This document shows, one piece after another, positions 11,723 through 23,859 of a DNA stretch of 42,282 nt. Position numbers and translations under genes: made by a program. The notes under the pieces were generated by a model, which searched no databases, was not told the DNA's origin, and worked only from the letters and a program-made list of their open reading frames with translations. Source of the DNA: Chiloscyllium plagiosum (lineage: Eukaryota); contig NC_057720.1 in the NCBI RefSeq assembly GCF_004010195.1, positions 5,919,634 to 5,961,915 of the forward strand. The letters run 5' to 3'. The number at the start of each line of letters is the position of its first letter. Position 1 is the first letter of the stretch.

Positions 11723-11933
11723 TAAAATCACACAACACCAGGTTATAGTCCAACAGGTTTAATTGGAAGCACACTAGCTTTCGGAGCGACGCTCCTTCAT
11801 CAGGTGATTGTGGATGAAGGAGCGTCGCTCCAAAAGCTAGTGTGCTTCCAATTAAACCTGTTGGACTATAACCCGGTGTTGTGTGATTTTTAACTTTGTA
11901 CACCCCAGTCCAACACCGGCATCTCCAAATCCT
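11723..11933. mobile_element. Palindromic PLE-repeat derivative (family B) with 10-bp TSD
   Basis: Inverted arms of ~75 bp (aaaatcacacaacacc...ggtgttgtgtgatttt). gaaacaaata at 11713-11722 and 11934-11943. Confidence 0.88.
11772..11806 (-). ncRNA. Minimal type-I hammerhead ribozyme motif
   Basis: Minus strand reads cac-CTGATGA-A-GGAGC-gtc-GCTCC-GAAA-G-CTA-gtg, intact. The plus arm has a damaged core (tggatga...aaaa). Confidence 0.87.
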
Positions 11934-12134
11934 GAAACAAATAGGCTTTGCAGCAGGAAAAGATTGACGAGTTGGTTCCACAGATCAGTACCATGGCAAA
12001 TTCCTTGGGGAAGTTGAGGCTATCTGGATAAGGGAAAGTAGAGGGCCAATTCAATAGAGGCCTAAAAAACCACAACAGATCTAGGTTGAGTGGAGAGGGT
12101 TGAGCTCCGAAGGGCACAGATTTAAGCAAGGTGC

Positions 12135-12360
12135 TAGAGTACTGATAATGCCACTGGACTCTTAATCCAGAATGGCAGACTAATATTCTGGAGACACGGG
12201 TTTTGAACCCCACCTTGGCAGATGGTGAAACTTGAATTAAACTTTTCAAAATCTGAAATGGGAATGAGCTGAAAGATGGAACCATAACCATTGCCCACGT
12301 GTGACTCCAGTCCCACAACAGTGCTGTTGATTCTTAATCTCCCCCTGAATGAATGACTTA
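12135..12360 (+). mobile_element. Second tRNA-type SINE family, decayed
   Basis: cactggact...aatccaga...gggttttgaacccca..ttggcagatggtgaaa...gtgactccag. Related segments at ~8160-8320(-), 24850-25080(+), 30190-30280(-), 30780-31020(-) and 32110-32530(-). Confidence 0.6.
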
Positions 12361-12437
12361 TTAGGACATTTCAGAGGGCAGAAAAGGATCAACTACATTG
12401 TTGTGCATATGTTTCTTCTAAATCAGCATGGTGGCTA

Positions 12438-12727
12438 GGGGCAGCAAGGTGGCTCAGTGGTTAGCACTGCTGCCTCACTGTACCAAGGACCCGGGTTCAA
12501 TTCCAGCCTCGGGAGACTGTCTGTATGGAGTTTTCACAATCTCCCATGTCTGTGTGGGTTTCCTCCCACAGTCTAAGGATGTGCAGGTTAGGTGAATTGG
12601 CCATACTAAATTGCCCATAATGTCCAGGGATTTGCACTTTAGGTGGATTGGCCATGGGTCTGGGTGGGATGCTTTCGAAGGACCAGTTGGGCCAAATGGT
12701 CCATTTCCACACTGTAGGGATTATATG
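12438..12727 (+). mobile_element. HE1-like SINE
   Basis: A box TGGCTCAGTGG, B box GGTTCAATTCC, core and tail present. Confidence 0.85.
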
Positions 12728-12990
12728 ATCTAATTCACTTGGGGAAATTGGAAGATCCCTCCAGGTCATACACTGTTCTGACTTAGAAATACATCATCAT
12801 TCCTTCAGTGTCACTATGTCAAAATCCTGGAACTCACACCCTAATGGCATTATGCGGGTATTTACATTACCTGGATGGAACATTTTAAGAAGGCAGCTGG
12901 CAAACTGCTTTGTGCTAGTGACCTCGGTATGGGTGCAGAGTTTAACTTCAGGGCCTATGGCCAGCTCTGGTTGGAGGATAGTCTCGGTAT

Positions 12991-13312
12991 GATTAGATTA
13001 GATTCCCTACAGTGTGGAATCAGGCTGTTCGGCCCAACAAGTCCACACTGACCTTCCGAAGAGCAATCCACCCAGACCTACTCCCTTAAGTTCACTCCTG
13101 CCTAATGCACCTAACACTACGGGCAATTTAGCGTGGCCAATTCACCTGACCTGCACATCTTTGGACTGTGGGAGGTAACCGGAGCACCCGGAGGAAACCC
13201 ACGCAGACACGGGGAGAATGTGCAAACTCTACACAGACAGTTGCCCGAGGGAAGGGTTGACAAGGTCTCTGGCACTGTGAGGCAGCAGTGCTAACCATTG
13301 TGCCACCATGCC
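12991..13312 (-). mobile_element. HE1-like SINE
   Basis: Reverse complement of the 8814-9131 pattern, with (gatta)n tail. Confidence 0.87.
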
Positions 13313-13416
13313 TGACAATGCCCCATAATGCTCCAGCCAAACTCATGTTCTTGGGTAACAGGGTTACTTGAAGAAAAGGCTGAAGCTTGTTCAACAATCT
13401 GAACATAAAAGTTGAC

Positions 13417-13536
13417 ATTCCTGATGCCTGAAATGTCAATTCTTCTGCTCCTTGGATGCTGCCTGATCTGCTGTGATTTTCCAGTGCCAAACTTTTCAAC
13501 TCTGACTCACCAGCATCTGCAGTCCTCACTTTCTCC
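13417..13536 (+). mobile_element. Short PLE-repeat derivative (family A), hammerhead with stem II deleted
   Basis: attcCTGAT..gcctGAAATGTCaatt. Flanked by an 18-bp duplication with 2 mismatches (13399-13416, 13537-13554). Confidence 0.78.
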
Positions 13537-14874
13537 CTGAACGTAAAAGCTGACTGGCGAATCGGTGACTTTTACCGCAATGCAAAAGGCACGTCTGAAA
13601 ACTTAGGTAAAATTTCACCAGCAACTGAAGAAAGGTGCTGTTGGAACATGCTGATGCTGGGGGTTGTCAGTCATGTTTCCTGTGCTGAATTCACTGCCAC
13701 AGGACTGAGGCTTAAATATGTAAAATTACCTGTAACTGACAGCTAAGGGAATGTCTCCAAGGAATACAGGGAGCTCGGCGATCACACCTAGGGTTATAAC
13801 CATTGATGAAATAATAGGAACTTAAAAATCATAAATAAAAAATAATGACTGCCCGGGTAAAGTGTTGAAATGCATCTGCAGCCGTTTCAATCCCAGTCAT
13901 AACTCAACATTCCAATCATTAGCTGAGACCACCACTTAATCCGAGAGGCAGTTTCCCTTCGGTCAGAAACAATGTGTTTCCTCTTATGGCTGTGTGACTT
14001 TGTCTTTGGTATTAATGAATAGCAATGACTGTTTATGAAGAGCCTTCAACACTCTTGGAACAAGTGGCTCAGGAGCTATCAATGGAATGCAGGTTCAAAA
14101 TTATTCCCAGCCGCTTCCTGCAGATCCGCTCCCCTTCGACTGAAAGCTTTCATTCATACTTTGTGCTGTGCCCCATCGTTATTTCCCGCATGTGTCCATT
14201 CGCCATCCATCGGATAATAGATGTGACTGGAGATGGCAACAACAACCTGAAATTGCATTGATATAACACCTTCAACATAGAATTTAGCATCCCAATGTGC
14301 TTAACGTAGAGGCGTAAGGGCTAAAAGACTGACAAGCCTAAGAAGGAGGCATGCGGGCACAAGAAATGATTTTACACAAATTGTAAGACATAGGAGCAGA
14401 AGCAAGCCATTCAGCCCATCATGTCTGCTTTGCCATTTAATGAGATCATGACCGACCTCATAAGTATCACTTTCCTTGATTCTGTTGCTGATCAAACACC
14501 TGTCCATCTCAGCCTTGCATATGTTTAATGAAGTCACTGTGACATCCCTCTGAGGTAAAGAACTCCATGGATTCACAGTCTCTAAGAGAAGGAACAGGGA
14601 TCCGATTGCAGCATCAACTCTATTGTCCTGCTTGTCCACCATATTCCTTGTGTTTCTTGTCAATCAAATATCTATCTAATGCAGCCTTTAAAATAAATGC
14701 AAATCAAAACTGAGTGTGCAACAGAAGCTCAGCCAAGTATCTGTGGAGAGAGAGAAAGGTAATGTTTCACGTTCAATATTATGTTCTCAACTGATGATAT
14801 CACTGGACATGTCAGGTGCCAAACAGAAATCTGGCTGATAGACCATATTTTCTGTTGTTTTCATTCAATATAGG

Positions 14875-15380
14875 AAGATAGAAGATAGGAGCAGGAGGAG
14901 GCCATTCGGCCCTTTGAGCCTGCTCTGCTATTCATCATGATCATGGCTGATTATCCAACTCAGTAGAGTAGCCTAATCCTGTTTTCTTTCCATAACCTTT
15001 GATCCCATTTGCCCCAAATGCTATATCTCACCACCTCTTGAATACTTTCAATGTTTTGGCATCAACTCCTTCCTGTGGTAATGAATTCCACAAGCTCACC
15101 GCTCTCTGGGTGGAGAAATGTCTCCTCAACTCCGTCCTAAATGGCCTACCTCAAATCCTCAGACTGAAACTCTGGTTCTGGAGACACGCACCATTGTGAA
15201 CATCCTCCCTGCATCCACCCTGTCGAGTCCTGTTAGAATTTTATACGGCTCTGTGAGATACCCTCTCATTCATCTGAACTCCAGTGAAAACAATCCTAAC
15301 CTCGTCATTCTCTCCTCATATGTTAGTCCCACCATCCCCGGGAACAGCCTGGGAAACCCTCGCTGCACTCCCTCGAGTGC
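14875..15380 (-). mobile_element. CR1-clade LINE 3' fragment, decayed
   Basis: gaagatagaagataggagcaggaggaggccattcggcc 3' end and the antisense of the F-TQR-V-LWNSLPQ region. Confidence 0.85.
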
Positions 15381-15739
15381 CATCATTCCCACCAGTGTTA
15401 CAGTATTCACATACCAGAGAGAATTCTTTTCTCTTTCACATCCATGGGATCGACTTAACTCGTACTTTCAATTCCTGATTTTAAGTGTTTGGGAGGTTAA
15501 TTAATTCCTTAATTAGTTACACAGCTGAGCTTAGACTTTCTCAACTTTGAATAACAGCTTCAGGGTTCTAACCAAGCACTTCTGATCAGGAACTTTCAAT
15601 CTTCTTGTTTGCACTGAAAAAGTTTGATTCCTAGAATTTTGAAAGGTTTCAGAAATTTGACACACGGACACTACTTCTCTTTGTGAAGTTAAAAATCACA
15701 CAACCCCAGGTTATAGTCCAACAGGTTTAATTGGAAGCA

Positions 15740-15774
15740 CACTAGCTTTCAGAGTGACGCTCCTTCATCAGGTG
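15740..15774 (-). ncRNA. Hammerhead ribozyme motif in the PLE 3' repeat
   Basis: cac-CTGATGA-A-GGAGC-gtc-ACTCT-GAAA-G-CTA-gtg. Core intact, stem II with one wobble and one mismatch. Same strand as the PLE ORF. Confidence 0.8.
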
Positions 15775-16206
15775 GTAGTGGAGGGCTCAATCCTAACACA
15801 GAATTTATAGCAAAAATTTACAGTGTGATGTAACTGAAATTATACATTGAAAAATTGATTGTCTGTTAAGCCTTTCATCTGTTAGAATACTGTGATAGTT
15901 TCACTTCTTTCATGTGTAAATCACAAAACCCTTTGTTTAAAAAGTTGCATTCTCGGGTTAGATGTTAACATTGGTGATAGTTAGACAATATGTTGAAGGT
16001 GTTAGCCCCCTGTGTTCTCTGTCTATGCTATGATATTTCGATTGATTCTAATCTAAAAAGTGAGATAATGGAGTTTTACATAAATTCATGCAGTTTTTGA
16101 GCTCAGAGTTCTACATGAATGTATGCAGTTTTTGAGCAAAGTGCAATGTAACTCTGCAAGTACAAATTCACCACACAAAATATATGTGTGCATGTGGGTC
16201 TTTGTC

Positions 16207-16328
16207 TGTGTGTGTGTGTGTGTCTGTCTGGGGTGGGGGTTGTGTGAGAAAGTGTGTGTGTGTAGTGAGTGCAGAGTGTCTTAAGTCTGTGAGGGGGTGC
16301 ATGTGTGATACACACACACACACACACA
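16207..16328. repeat. (GT)n and (CA)n tracts in the PLE 3' region
   Basis: Directly visible, next to the gap. Confidence 0.9.
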
Positions 16329-16338
16329 GATATTCCTA

Positions 16339-16853
16339 NNNNNNNNNNNNNNNNNNNNNNNNNNNNNNNNNNNNNNNNNNNNNNNNNNNNNNNNNNNNNN
16401 NNNNNNNNNNNNNNNNNNNNNNNNNNNNNNNNNNNNNNNNNNNNNNNNNNNNNNNNNNNNNNNNNNNNNNNNNNNNNNNNNNNNNNNNNNNNNNNNNNNN
16501 NNNNNNNNNNNNNNNNNNNNNNNNNNNNNNNNNNNNNNNNNNNNNNNNNNNNNNNNNNNNNNNNNNNNNNNNNNNNNNNNNNNNNNNNNNNNNNNNNNNN
16601 NNNNNNNNNNNNNNNNNNNNNNNNNNNNNNNNNNNNNNNNNNNNNNNNNNNNNNNNNNNNNNNNNNNNNNNNNNNNNNNNNNNNNNNNNNNNNNNNNNNN
16701 NNNNNNNNNNNNNNNNNNNNNNNNNNNNNNNNNNNNNNNNNNNNNNNNNNNNNNNNNNNNNNNNNNNNNNNNNNNNNNNNNNNNNNNNNNNNNNNNNNNN
16801 NNNNNNNNNNNNNNNNNNNNNNNNNNNNNNNNNNNNNNNNNNNNNNNNNNNNN
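16339..16853. other. Assembly gap, 515 N
   Basis: Run of n. Confidence 1.
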
Positions 16854-17909
16854 ATGTCCTGGACCACTGAAGTGTTCCCCAACTGGGAGGGAACCCTCCT
16901 GTCTGTTGATTGTTGTGCGGTGCCTATTCATCCGTTGTCGTAGCCTTTGCTCAGTTTCCCCAATGTACGATGCCTCCGGGCATCCTTGCCTGCAACGTAT
17001 AACATAGACAACATTGGTTGAGTCACATGAGTACCTGCCATGTACACGGTGGGAGGTGTTCCCACGCCTAATAGTGGTATCTATGTCCACAATCTGACAC
17101 GTCTTGCAGCGTCCACCTTGACAGGGTTGTATGGAGTTGTCCTGAGAGCCGGGCAGTGAACAATGATCTGTTTGAGGTTTGGCGGTTGTTTAAAGGCAAG
17201 TAGTGGAGGTGTGGGGAAGGTCTTGGTGAGGTGCTCATCCTCATTGATAATGTGTTGCAGGTCACGAAGAACATGGCGTAATTTTTGAAAATTGGGGAAA
17301 AGGATTGAGCTGTTAGATCCTGCTGCTGAGAGGATCATCACAACAAGTTTTGTGAGTGGAAGGTACTGCATCAGAATTCAGTTTATGTTTTTTACAAAAT
17401 AGGTATTTGTTCTTGCTCTTTAGCCCTAAAACGAGGTTTCAATACAGATCTGGGTATTCCTTGACACCAACCCTCCAACTTATGACAATTAATTTACCAA
17501 CTTCTGGGGTTTTACAATAACGCCCAACCTACGACAATAAGCCATCGATTGATGATATTTCACACAAGTGTTAACTTCTGGTAAAGTATTCTCCTCTTAA
17601 TTATCTCACCGAGCAAGTTCTCCAGGCAAGTTATCTCAGACAAATCCTATTTCCTGGCATATGCGGAGGATGTGAGAAGTGTCCTATGTTTATATCTTTT
17701 CTGGGATAGCCTTTGCAACATTCAGCCGAAGTCTATGTATCTGTATTTGCACAGCAAATAACAACATGTTTTCTCTCAACTTGTCTACAACAACCCAACC
17801 TTAGACTGTACTTTCTATTTACAAATCTGGAGCTCAGGTCTAGCCAATCGAATATCCCAGTTTTGGCTTTTGTTTACTGCTAGTGCTAAATTCACTGGGG
17901 CCGAAATGT

Positions 17910-18570
17910 ACAAAGAAAAGCAAAGCATTGTGGATGCTGGAGATCTGAAATAAAGCAGAGAAGACTGGAGAAACTCAACAGGTCTGGCAGAGTCTGCAGA
18001 GACAGAGAAACAGAGTTAAGAATTTGAGTTCAATGACATCCGGTGGATGAGAGGAATGTCGGATCAGCCATGATCCTATTGAATGGCGGAACAGGTTGAG
18101 GGGCTAAATGGCCTACTCCTGTGCCAATGTTTTTATACACACTTCTTTGGAACTGCATGAAGCTGGAAAATAGTGATTTTTTTACATTGTTGACAAAGGG
18201 GGATGGGGGATGTGGAACAGGTGATGGGGATACTTTAGGCAAAGGACAATGCAAGCGTTAATGGTGGTAAAGGAGGGATTTAACACAAATAGGTAATAAC
18301 AGTCGTTGTAAAAAATTGGAGGTAGGTTGGCTTTGCTGAGGGCAAACTCACGTAAACAAGAGAGTGGGGAGAAGAGGGTGTAATCAAACTTGGAGGACAG
18401 TGTTCTTGCTTCAAAGTAGTTGAGCTCAATGCTGACTCCCTGAGACCATGAAGCAGAAGATGAGCTGCTGTTCCTCCAGTTTGTTTGGAGCCTCGTTTGT
18501 GTCAGGCTTAGGGCAGAAATGTTAACATGACAATAAGCTGCATTTTAAACTGGCCAGTAACTGGATGGAA
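17910..18570 (-). mobile_element. Decayed PLE 3' end
   Basis: Terminal-repeat head gatgctggagatctgaaa...caggtctggcag. Minus strand near 18450-18490 reads KLEEQQLIF (compare RLEEERLIF at ~23370). Confidence 0.6.
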
Positions 18571-18689
18571 ATAGAGAACTGCAGGTGTTGGAGATCTGAA
18601 ACAAAGCAGAAATAGCTGGAGAAACTCAGCAGGTCTGGCAGCATTAGTGGAGAAAAAACTGGAATTAACATCTCGGGTCTGTTGACTCG

Positions 18690-18990
18690 ACGGGTGGCAT
18701 GTAGATTCAGTGGTTAGCGCTGTGACCTCACAGTGCCAGGGACCCCAGTTCGATTCCACCCTCGAGCAACAGTCTGTGTGGAGTTTGCACATTCTCCCCG
18801 TGTCCGCATGGGTTAGCTCCGGTTTCCTCCCACAGGCCATGCTATAGTGTGCAGGATAGGTGTGTTAACCATGGGGAATGCAGAGTTACAGGGAGGATGT
18901 TGTAGTCTGGGGTGAGATGTTCTTCGGACGGTCAGTGCAGATTGGGTTGGCTGAATGGCCTGCATCCAAATGGTAGGGATTCTGTGACAA
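18690..18990 (+). mobile_element. HE1-like SINE, diverged
   Basis: cagtggttagcgc...gttcgattcc...gtgtggagtttgcacattctccccgtgtc. Confidence 0.8.
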
Positions 18991-19479
18991 TTCATCCAAA
19001 CTGTTTTTGCAGGTTAAGAAAGCGAAGGAGGAGGAGATTAAGAGTGAGTGCTGAAGTTTCTGTGACTGCATGGAATGGTGCGGTGGGCTGGATGAGGGTG
19101 GAACTGGGGAGAGGTGTGGTGGCAAGGAATCGTTAGGAGCAGGTGTGGACCAGAGTGTCATGGAGGGAACTGTTCATGCAGGAATACTGACAAGGGAGGA
19201 GAGGGGAAGATATGCTCAGTGGTGGCCCTCACTACAAGTGGCATTTGATGATTCTCTGACCGCAGAGGCAAGTGTAGGTTGGAAAGTGAGGACAAGAGGG
19301 AGTCCTAACATTGTTTCGGAAGGGTGAGGAGAGGGCAAGGATGCAAGAATAAGTTAGATATAGCTGTCAATGAAGATGGGGGGAGTCCTTAGTGAAGTAA
19401 AAAGGAGGTTGTGTCAGAGGCATCCCTGACATTGGAACAAATGCAACAGAGACGGAAAAATGGGGGAAAGGAATAGATC

Positions 19480-19774
19480 CACGGTGGCACAGTGGTTAGC
19501 ACTGCAGCTTCACAGCGCCAGGGACCCAGGTTCAATTCCCGCCTCAGGCAACTGTCTGTGTGGAGTTTGCATGTTCTCCCCGTGGGTTTCCTCCGGGTGC
19601 TCTGGTTTCCTCCCACAGTCCAAAAATGTGCAAGTTAGGTGAATTGGCCATGCTAAATTGCCCGTAGTGTTAGGTGCAGAGGGGATTGGGTCTGGGTGCG
19701 TTGCTCTTCAGAGGGTCAGTGTGGACTTGCTGGGCTGAAGGGCCTGTTTCCACAGTGTAAGTAATCTAATCTAA
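19480..19774 (+). mobile_element. HE1-like SINE
   Basis: A and B boxes, core, and (atcta)n tail. Confidence 0.87.
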
Positions 19775-20169
19775 CACCTGCAGAGAGTGGGTTGTGAGAA
19801 AATGTATAAACATTTCCCAGTTATAACGACACATTCCTTCTTAATGATGCAGTGTAGTACTTTGGCACATGAAAGAGATGCCAGATTATAGACTTCTTAA
19901 CAACATCCCAATAATGCATACAATTAAGACTTTTCATCACTTAGCTTCTGAGGAGTATAATTCAATAACTTAAGCCTTATTAATCACATAAATGTGTCAA
20001 CAAGGTGAAGTCTAACAATTTGGTAATCCAAAGCAGAGCTTCAGAAAGAATGTTCTAACAGTGCAGACACATTGGAAATTCAACGGCTGGATGTGCATGT
20101 AACTATGGTATCTCAAAGTGGCAGGAAAATTCAGGAAATAGAAATAGGAATGAACAGTCAGCTGACTGG

Positions 20170-20885
20170 AAAAGTAACTGGATTAATTGGGACTATATTC
20201 TCTAGAGTTTAGAAGAAGGAAGATCTCATAGAAACCTACAAGGTTTCTGGACTGAGGAGTGGACACGATAAATGCAGGATATTCCTGATGACCATGGAAT
20301 CCAGAACCAGGGGGGGTCACAGTCTAAGGATACAGCATAGGCCAGTTAGGACTGAGATGAGAAGAAATGTCTTCACCCAGAGAGTCGTGAGCCTGTGGAA
20401 TTCTCTGCCAGAGAAATTGTTTGGGGCCAGAACAACTAGGGCATGGCCTTCGAGCACGGTTTATAGGAGAATGAAGATGAGGAGATACTTCTTCAGCCAG
20501 AGAGTGGTGAATATTTGGAACTCATTGCCACAGAAGGCCGTGGAGGCCAGGTCATTGAGAGTATTTAAAACAGAGATAGATAGGTTCTTGATTGTTAAGA
20601 GGATCAAAGATTACAGGGAGAAGGTAGGAGAATGGTGTTGAGAAACATATCAGCTATGATTGAATAGTATAGCAGACTCGATGGGCCGAATGGCCTAATT
20701 TCTGCTCCTAGGTCTTATGGTCTAAAACATTGAGTGTTTTCAAAAAAGAGTTGGATATAGTTCTTAGGGCTAAAGGGATCAAAGGGTACAGGGAGAAAGG
20801 TATTGAGTTGGATGATCAGCCAATGAATGGTGGAACAGACTCAAAAGGCAGAATGGCCTACTTCTGTGCTGATTTTCTTTGTTTC
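20170..20885 (+). mobile_element. Two nested CR1 3' ends
   Basis: The RRN(V/F)FTQRVV-LWNSLP motif occurs twice. The inner copy (~20435-20723) ends in ggtcttatggtct and the outer copy resumes after it. Confidence 0.85.
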
Positions 20886-20899
20886 TGTGAAGCCCACTC

Positions 20900-21500
20900 C
20901 ACCATTCCACACAACCATGACTGTTGTTGGGTTTCAACTCCACTTTCCTGTACACTCCCCATATCCTATCCATGAGAGACCAACATCTCATGTTTGTATG
21001 CATTCAGCAATGGAGCATCCATAGCCCTCATAGGTCGATTCTAAAGATTCACAATGTTTTGAATGTCATAACTTCTCCTCATCTCCATCCTCAATAATCA
21101 GCCTTTATCCAGACTCTGCACCTCAATGTCTTAAATTCCTTGATTCATGCAAACTATTTCCAGGTGTCTATAGTGTCAAAGCCTTTTGGAATGTTGTGAT
21201 TTTGTTGAGATTGTCTCCCACTCTCCCAAACTGCAGAGGATAGAGGGCATATTTACTCAGTCTCTCACAGAGGGCAAGCCCCTCAAGCCAAAGACCCATT
21301 TAGTCAATCTTCACTGCACCTCTACAAATATGTGTACATCATTCCTTAAATATGGAAACCAAAACTGCGCACATTATTCCAGTTGTGGTCTCACCCAAGC
21401 CCTGTACAATTAAATAATTCTTTACGCCTGTAGTTTAACTCCCTTGTTCATAAGACAAAAGTGCAGTTGCCTTCCTAATTGCTCACTGTGCCTCCATTCC
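20900..21500 (-). mobile_element. Old CR1 3' fragment
   Basis: Antisense of the LYRAWVRPQLE-CAQFWFP region at ~21350-21410. Confidence 0.7.
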
Positions 21501-21509
21501 AATGTTGAG

Positions 21510-22000
21510 AGAAGGTCATGAGACGGATTGTCAACATCAGCTGGGAAGGCAGATGTGTTGCCATCGGCCTCCCTCAAGCAGCCAATAGCAACAGTGTCAA
21601 GACCATGACCATCTGAGACCAGCTCTACTGGGCTGGCCACCTGCTGGGCTGAGGATGCTTGGCTTCCCACTGCCAAAGCAATTCATCTTCACCCAGCTCA
21701 AGGAAGGCACTCGATCGAGAGGAGAACCAAGGAAAGACTCAAAGACTTCCTAAAGGCATCCGTCAAGAAATGCAACATAGATATTAACGCATGAGAGACC
21801 CTCATTCAGAAAAGACCTGTATGAAGGGACACAATTCTTCAAGAGCATCCGTCAGCAAGAGAAAGTACGTCAAGGTCAAGGACCAATTCCATCTCCTCGA
21901 AACGTCCACTAAGTGTGTGTTTGGCAATGAGATTCTAGGATTGGGCTCATCACCTACAGAACCCATAAGCAGCGACACGGAATTTCCTCAGTGGACATTA
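21510..22000 (+). mobile_element. RTE-clade LINE C-terminal fragment, decayed
   Basis: RRIVNISWE...QLYWAGHL...LPKQFIFTQLKEGTRSRG...KDFLKASVKKCNID, the RTE-type pattern. Confidence 0.75.
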
Positions 22001-23248
22001 GTGAGTGAGTGTCACTGTCCATTAATGTCCTGAGTGCCTCATACAAGCAGAGTTCAGTGTCTTCGATCATCAACATTTACATCACCATTTTTTAATAAGT
22101 GGATTCTGCTTCTCTATTCTTACAAGGTGCAGATTGAGGGCTGCACGATGTAACTCCAGTCCTGCCCACTGTTCTCCACAGCTCCTGCCGTGGTCTGTTT
22201 TGCAACTCTGCATTTCAATCCCCTTGTCATTTTGATGATCAACTATGTTTATTGCACTCACTGCACACAACATTCATCAAGCAAGGCCCACAAGGGGCTA
22301 GTACTCCCTGCTGTAATCTAGTTATGAAGCAGATTTACCAGAATGGTGAATATACAATAACATCATCATTGTCTGCAGACAGAATGCAAGCAAGGCTCCT
22401 CAGTGCTTCCTGACAACTTTGGAAAGGATTTTACAAATGGTGTTCATAAAGATACACATTTGGTGTCATACTGCTCATCTCTTTCTTATTCTGCTGAGGT
22501 GTTGATTTGAAATTATTGAAAAAAAATGCACTATGCATCTGACTGGGTTGTCAGTGAACACTCAAATAGAAACAAAAGTAGTCCACTTGGCCCCTCGGGC
22601 CTGTCCTCATTCAACATGATCATTACTGATCTGATTTTAACCTCAGTTCAACCTTCCTACATGTCCCTGATAATCTTCCAACCCCATGGCCACCGTGAAT
22701 CAACCTCCCTCTTCCTTCAAACAAGTTAATTATTCTGCCTCCACTGCCTTTTGTGGAAAGAATTTCCAAAACGTAGGCAACTTCTGGAAAACTTTGTGGT
22801 CGCCTATTCTCGCCTCATCATTGTTCCTGGAACAATTTACCACTTAGCAGATATCCAATGAAAGACCAGAACCCCTTACGCCCAGATCCTCTTTAAAAGG
22901 CTGCTGTGTACCTGGGCAAGTGTTGGCAAACTGATATTGCCCCTAAATGACAGTGCAATTGCACAGCAGCCACAATGTCAATGACACAGAGCCATCAGGG
23001 TCGGAATTCCCTCTCATATACAACCATGTTCTTTTATGTTAAAGGGTTAAAATACCAGGCCACACAGTTTCCTGTCATTAGCTACATCACATCTAAACAC
23101 CCTCTGCAAGTCATTGTCACTTAGTGCCCAGTGTAGACCTGCATCTTGTCATTGAGGAGAAAGTGAGGTCTGCAGATGCTGGAGATCAGAGCTGGAAATG
23201 TGTTGCTGGAAAAGCGCAGCAGGTCAGGCAGCACCCAAGGAACAGGAG

Positions 23249-23284
23249 AATCGACGTTTCGGGCATAAGCCCTTCTTCAGGAAT
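23249..23284 (-). ncRNA. Minimal hammerhead ribozyme motif
   Basis: attc-CTGAAGA-A-GGGC-ttat-GCCC-GAAA-C-GTC-gatt on the minus strand. Confidence 0.82.
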
Positions 23285-23657
23285 GAGGAAAGTGTGTCCA
23301 GCAGGCTAAGATAAGAGGAGGGACTTGGGGGAGGGGCGTTGGAAATGCAGACCACAACAACACGACGGTTGGAGGAAGAGCGCCTCATCTTCCGCCTAGG
23401 AACCCTCCAACCACAAGGGATGAACTCGGATTTCACCAGTTTCCTCATTTCCCCTCCCCCCACCTTGTCTCAGTCAAATCCATCAAACTCAGCACCGCCT
23501 TCCTAACCTGCAATCTTCTTCCTGACCTCTCCGCCCCCACCCCAGTCTGACCTATCACCCTCACCTTGACCTCTTTCCACCTATCGCATTTCTCACGCCC
23601 CTCCCCCAAGTCCCTCCTCCCTACCTTTTATCTTAGCCTGCTGGGCACACCTTCCTC

Positions 23658-23693
23658 ATTCCTGAAGAAGGGCTTATGCCCGAAACGTCGATT
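23658..23693 (+). ncRNA. Minimal hammerhead ribozyme motif
   Basis: attc-CTGAAGA-A-GGGC-ttat-GCCC-GAAA-C-GTC-gatt. Confidence 0.82.
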
Positions 23694-23859
23694 CTCCTGT
23701 TTCCTGGATGCTGCCTGACCTGCTGCGCTGTTCCAGCAACACATTTTCAGCTCTGCATCTTGTCATTGTCTAACAGAGGAAACATCACATACCAGGAAGC
23801 AGTCAGACAATTCCAAACCCTCCCAGGATGGCATTAATCACAAATCCTCTAAGCAATTA

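Larger units (their letters stand above)
15685..17290 (-). mobile_element. Penelope-like retroelement 3' portion (Cys-rich linker, GIY-YIG endonuclease, 3' repeat), spans the gap
   Basis: Minus strand translates PLLAFKQPPNLKQII...QPCQGGRCKTCQIVDID...YSCDSTNVVYVIRCRQGCPEASYIGETEQRLRQRMNRH...PVGEHF. The Cys linker suggests the Neptune group. The 3' end carries the family B repeat. Confidence 0.9.
23155..23752 (+). mobile_element. 5'-truncated PLE with inverted terminal repeat (family A) and 13-16 bp TSD
   Basis: Internal TRRLEEERLIFRLGTLQPQGMN (GIY-YIG C-terminus). Inverted arms of ~160 bp. ctgcatcttgtcattg at 23139-23154 and 23753-23768. Confidence 0.92.

Noticed and set aside
13730..13787. 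ELPVFLGDIP resembling an arrestin-domain C-terminal strand
   Set aside because: Too short, and no other arrestin-like exons were found, so no gene name was assigned.
16103..17090. Long 212-269 aa ORFs in the track
   Set aside because: They are long only because they run through the N gap. Only the GIY-YIG part is meaningful.
17610..17740. Minus-strand AG...GTGAGA-bounded segment as a coding exon
   Set aside because: Stop codons in all three frames.
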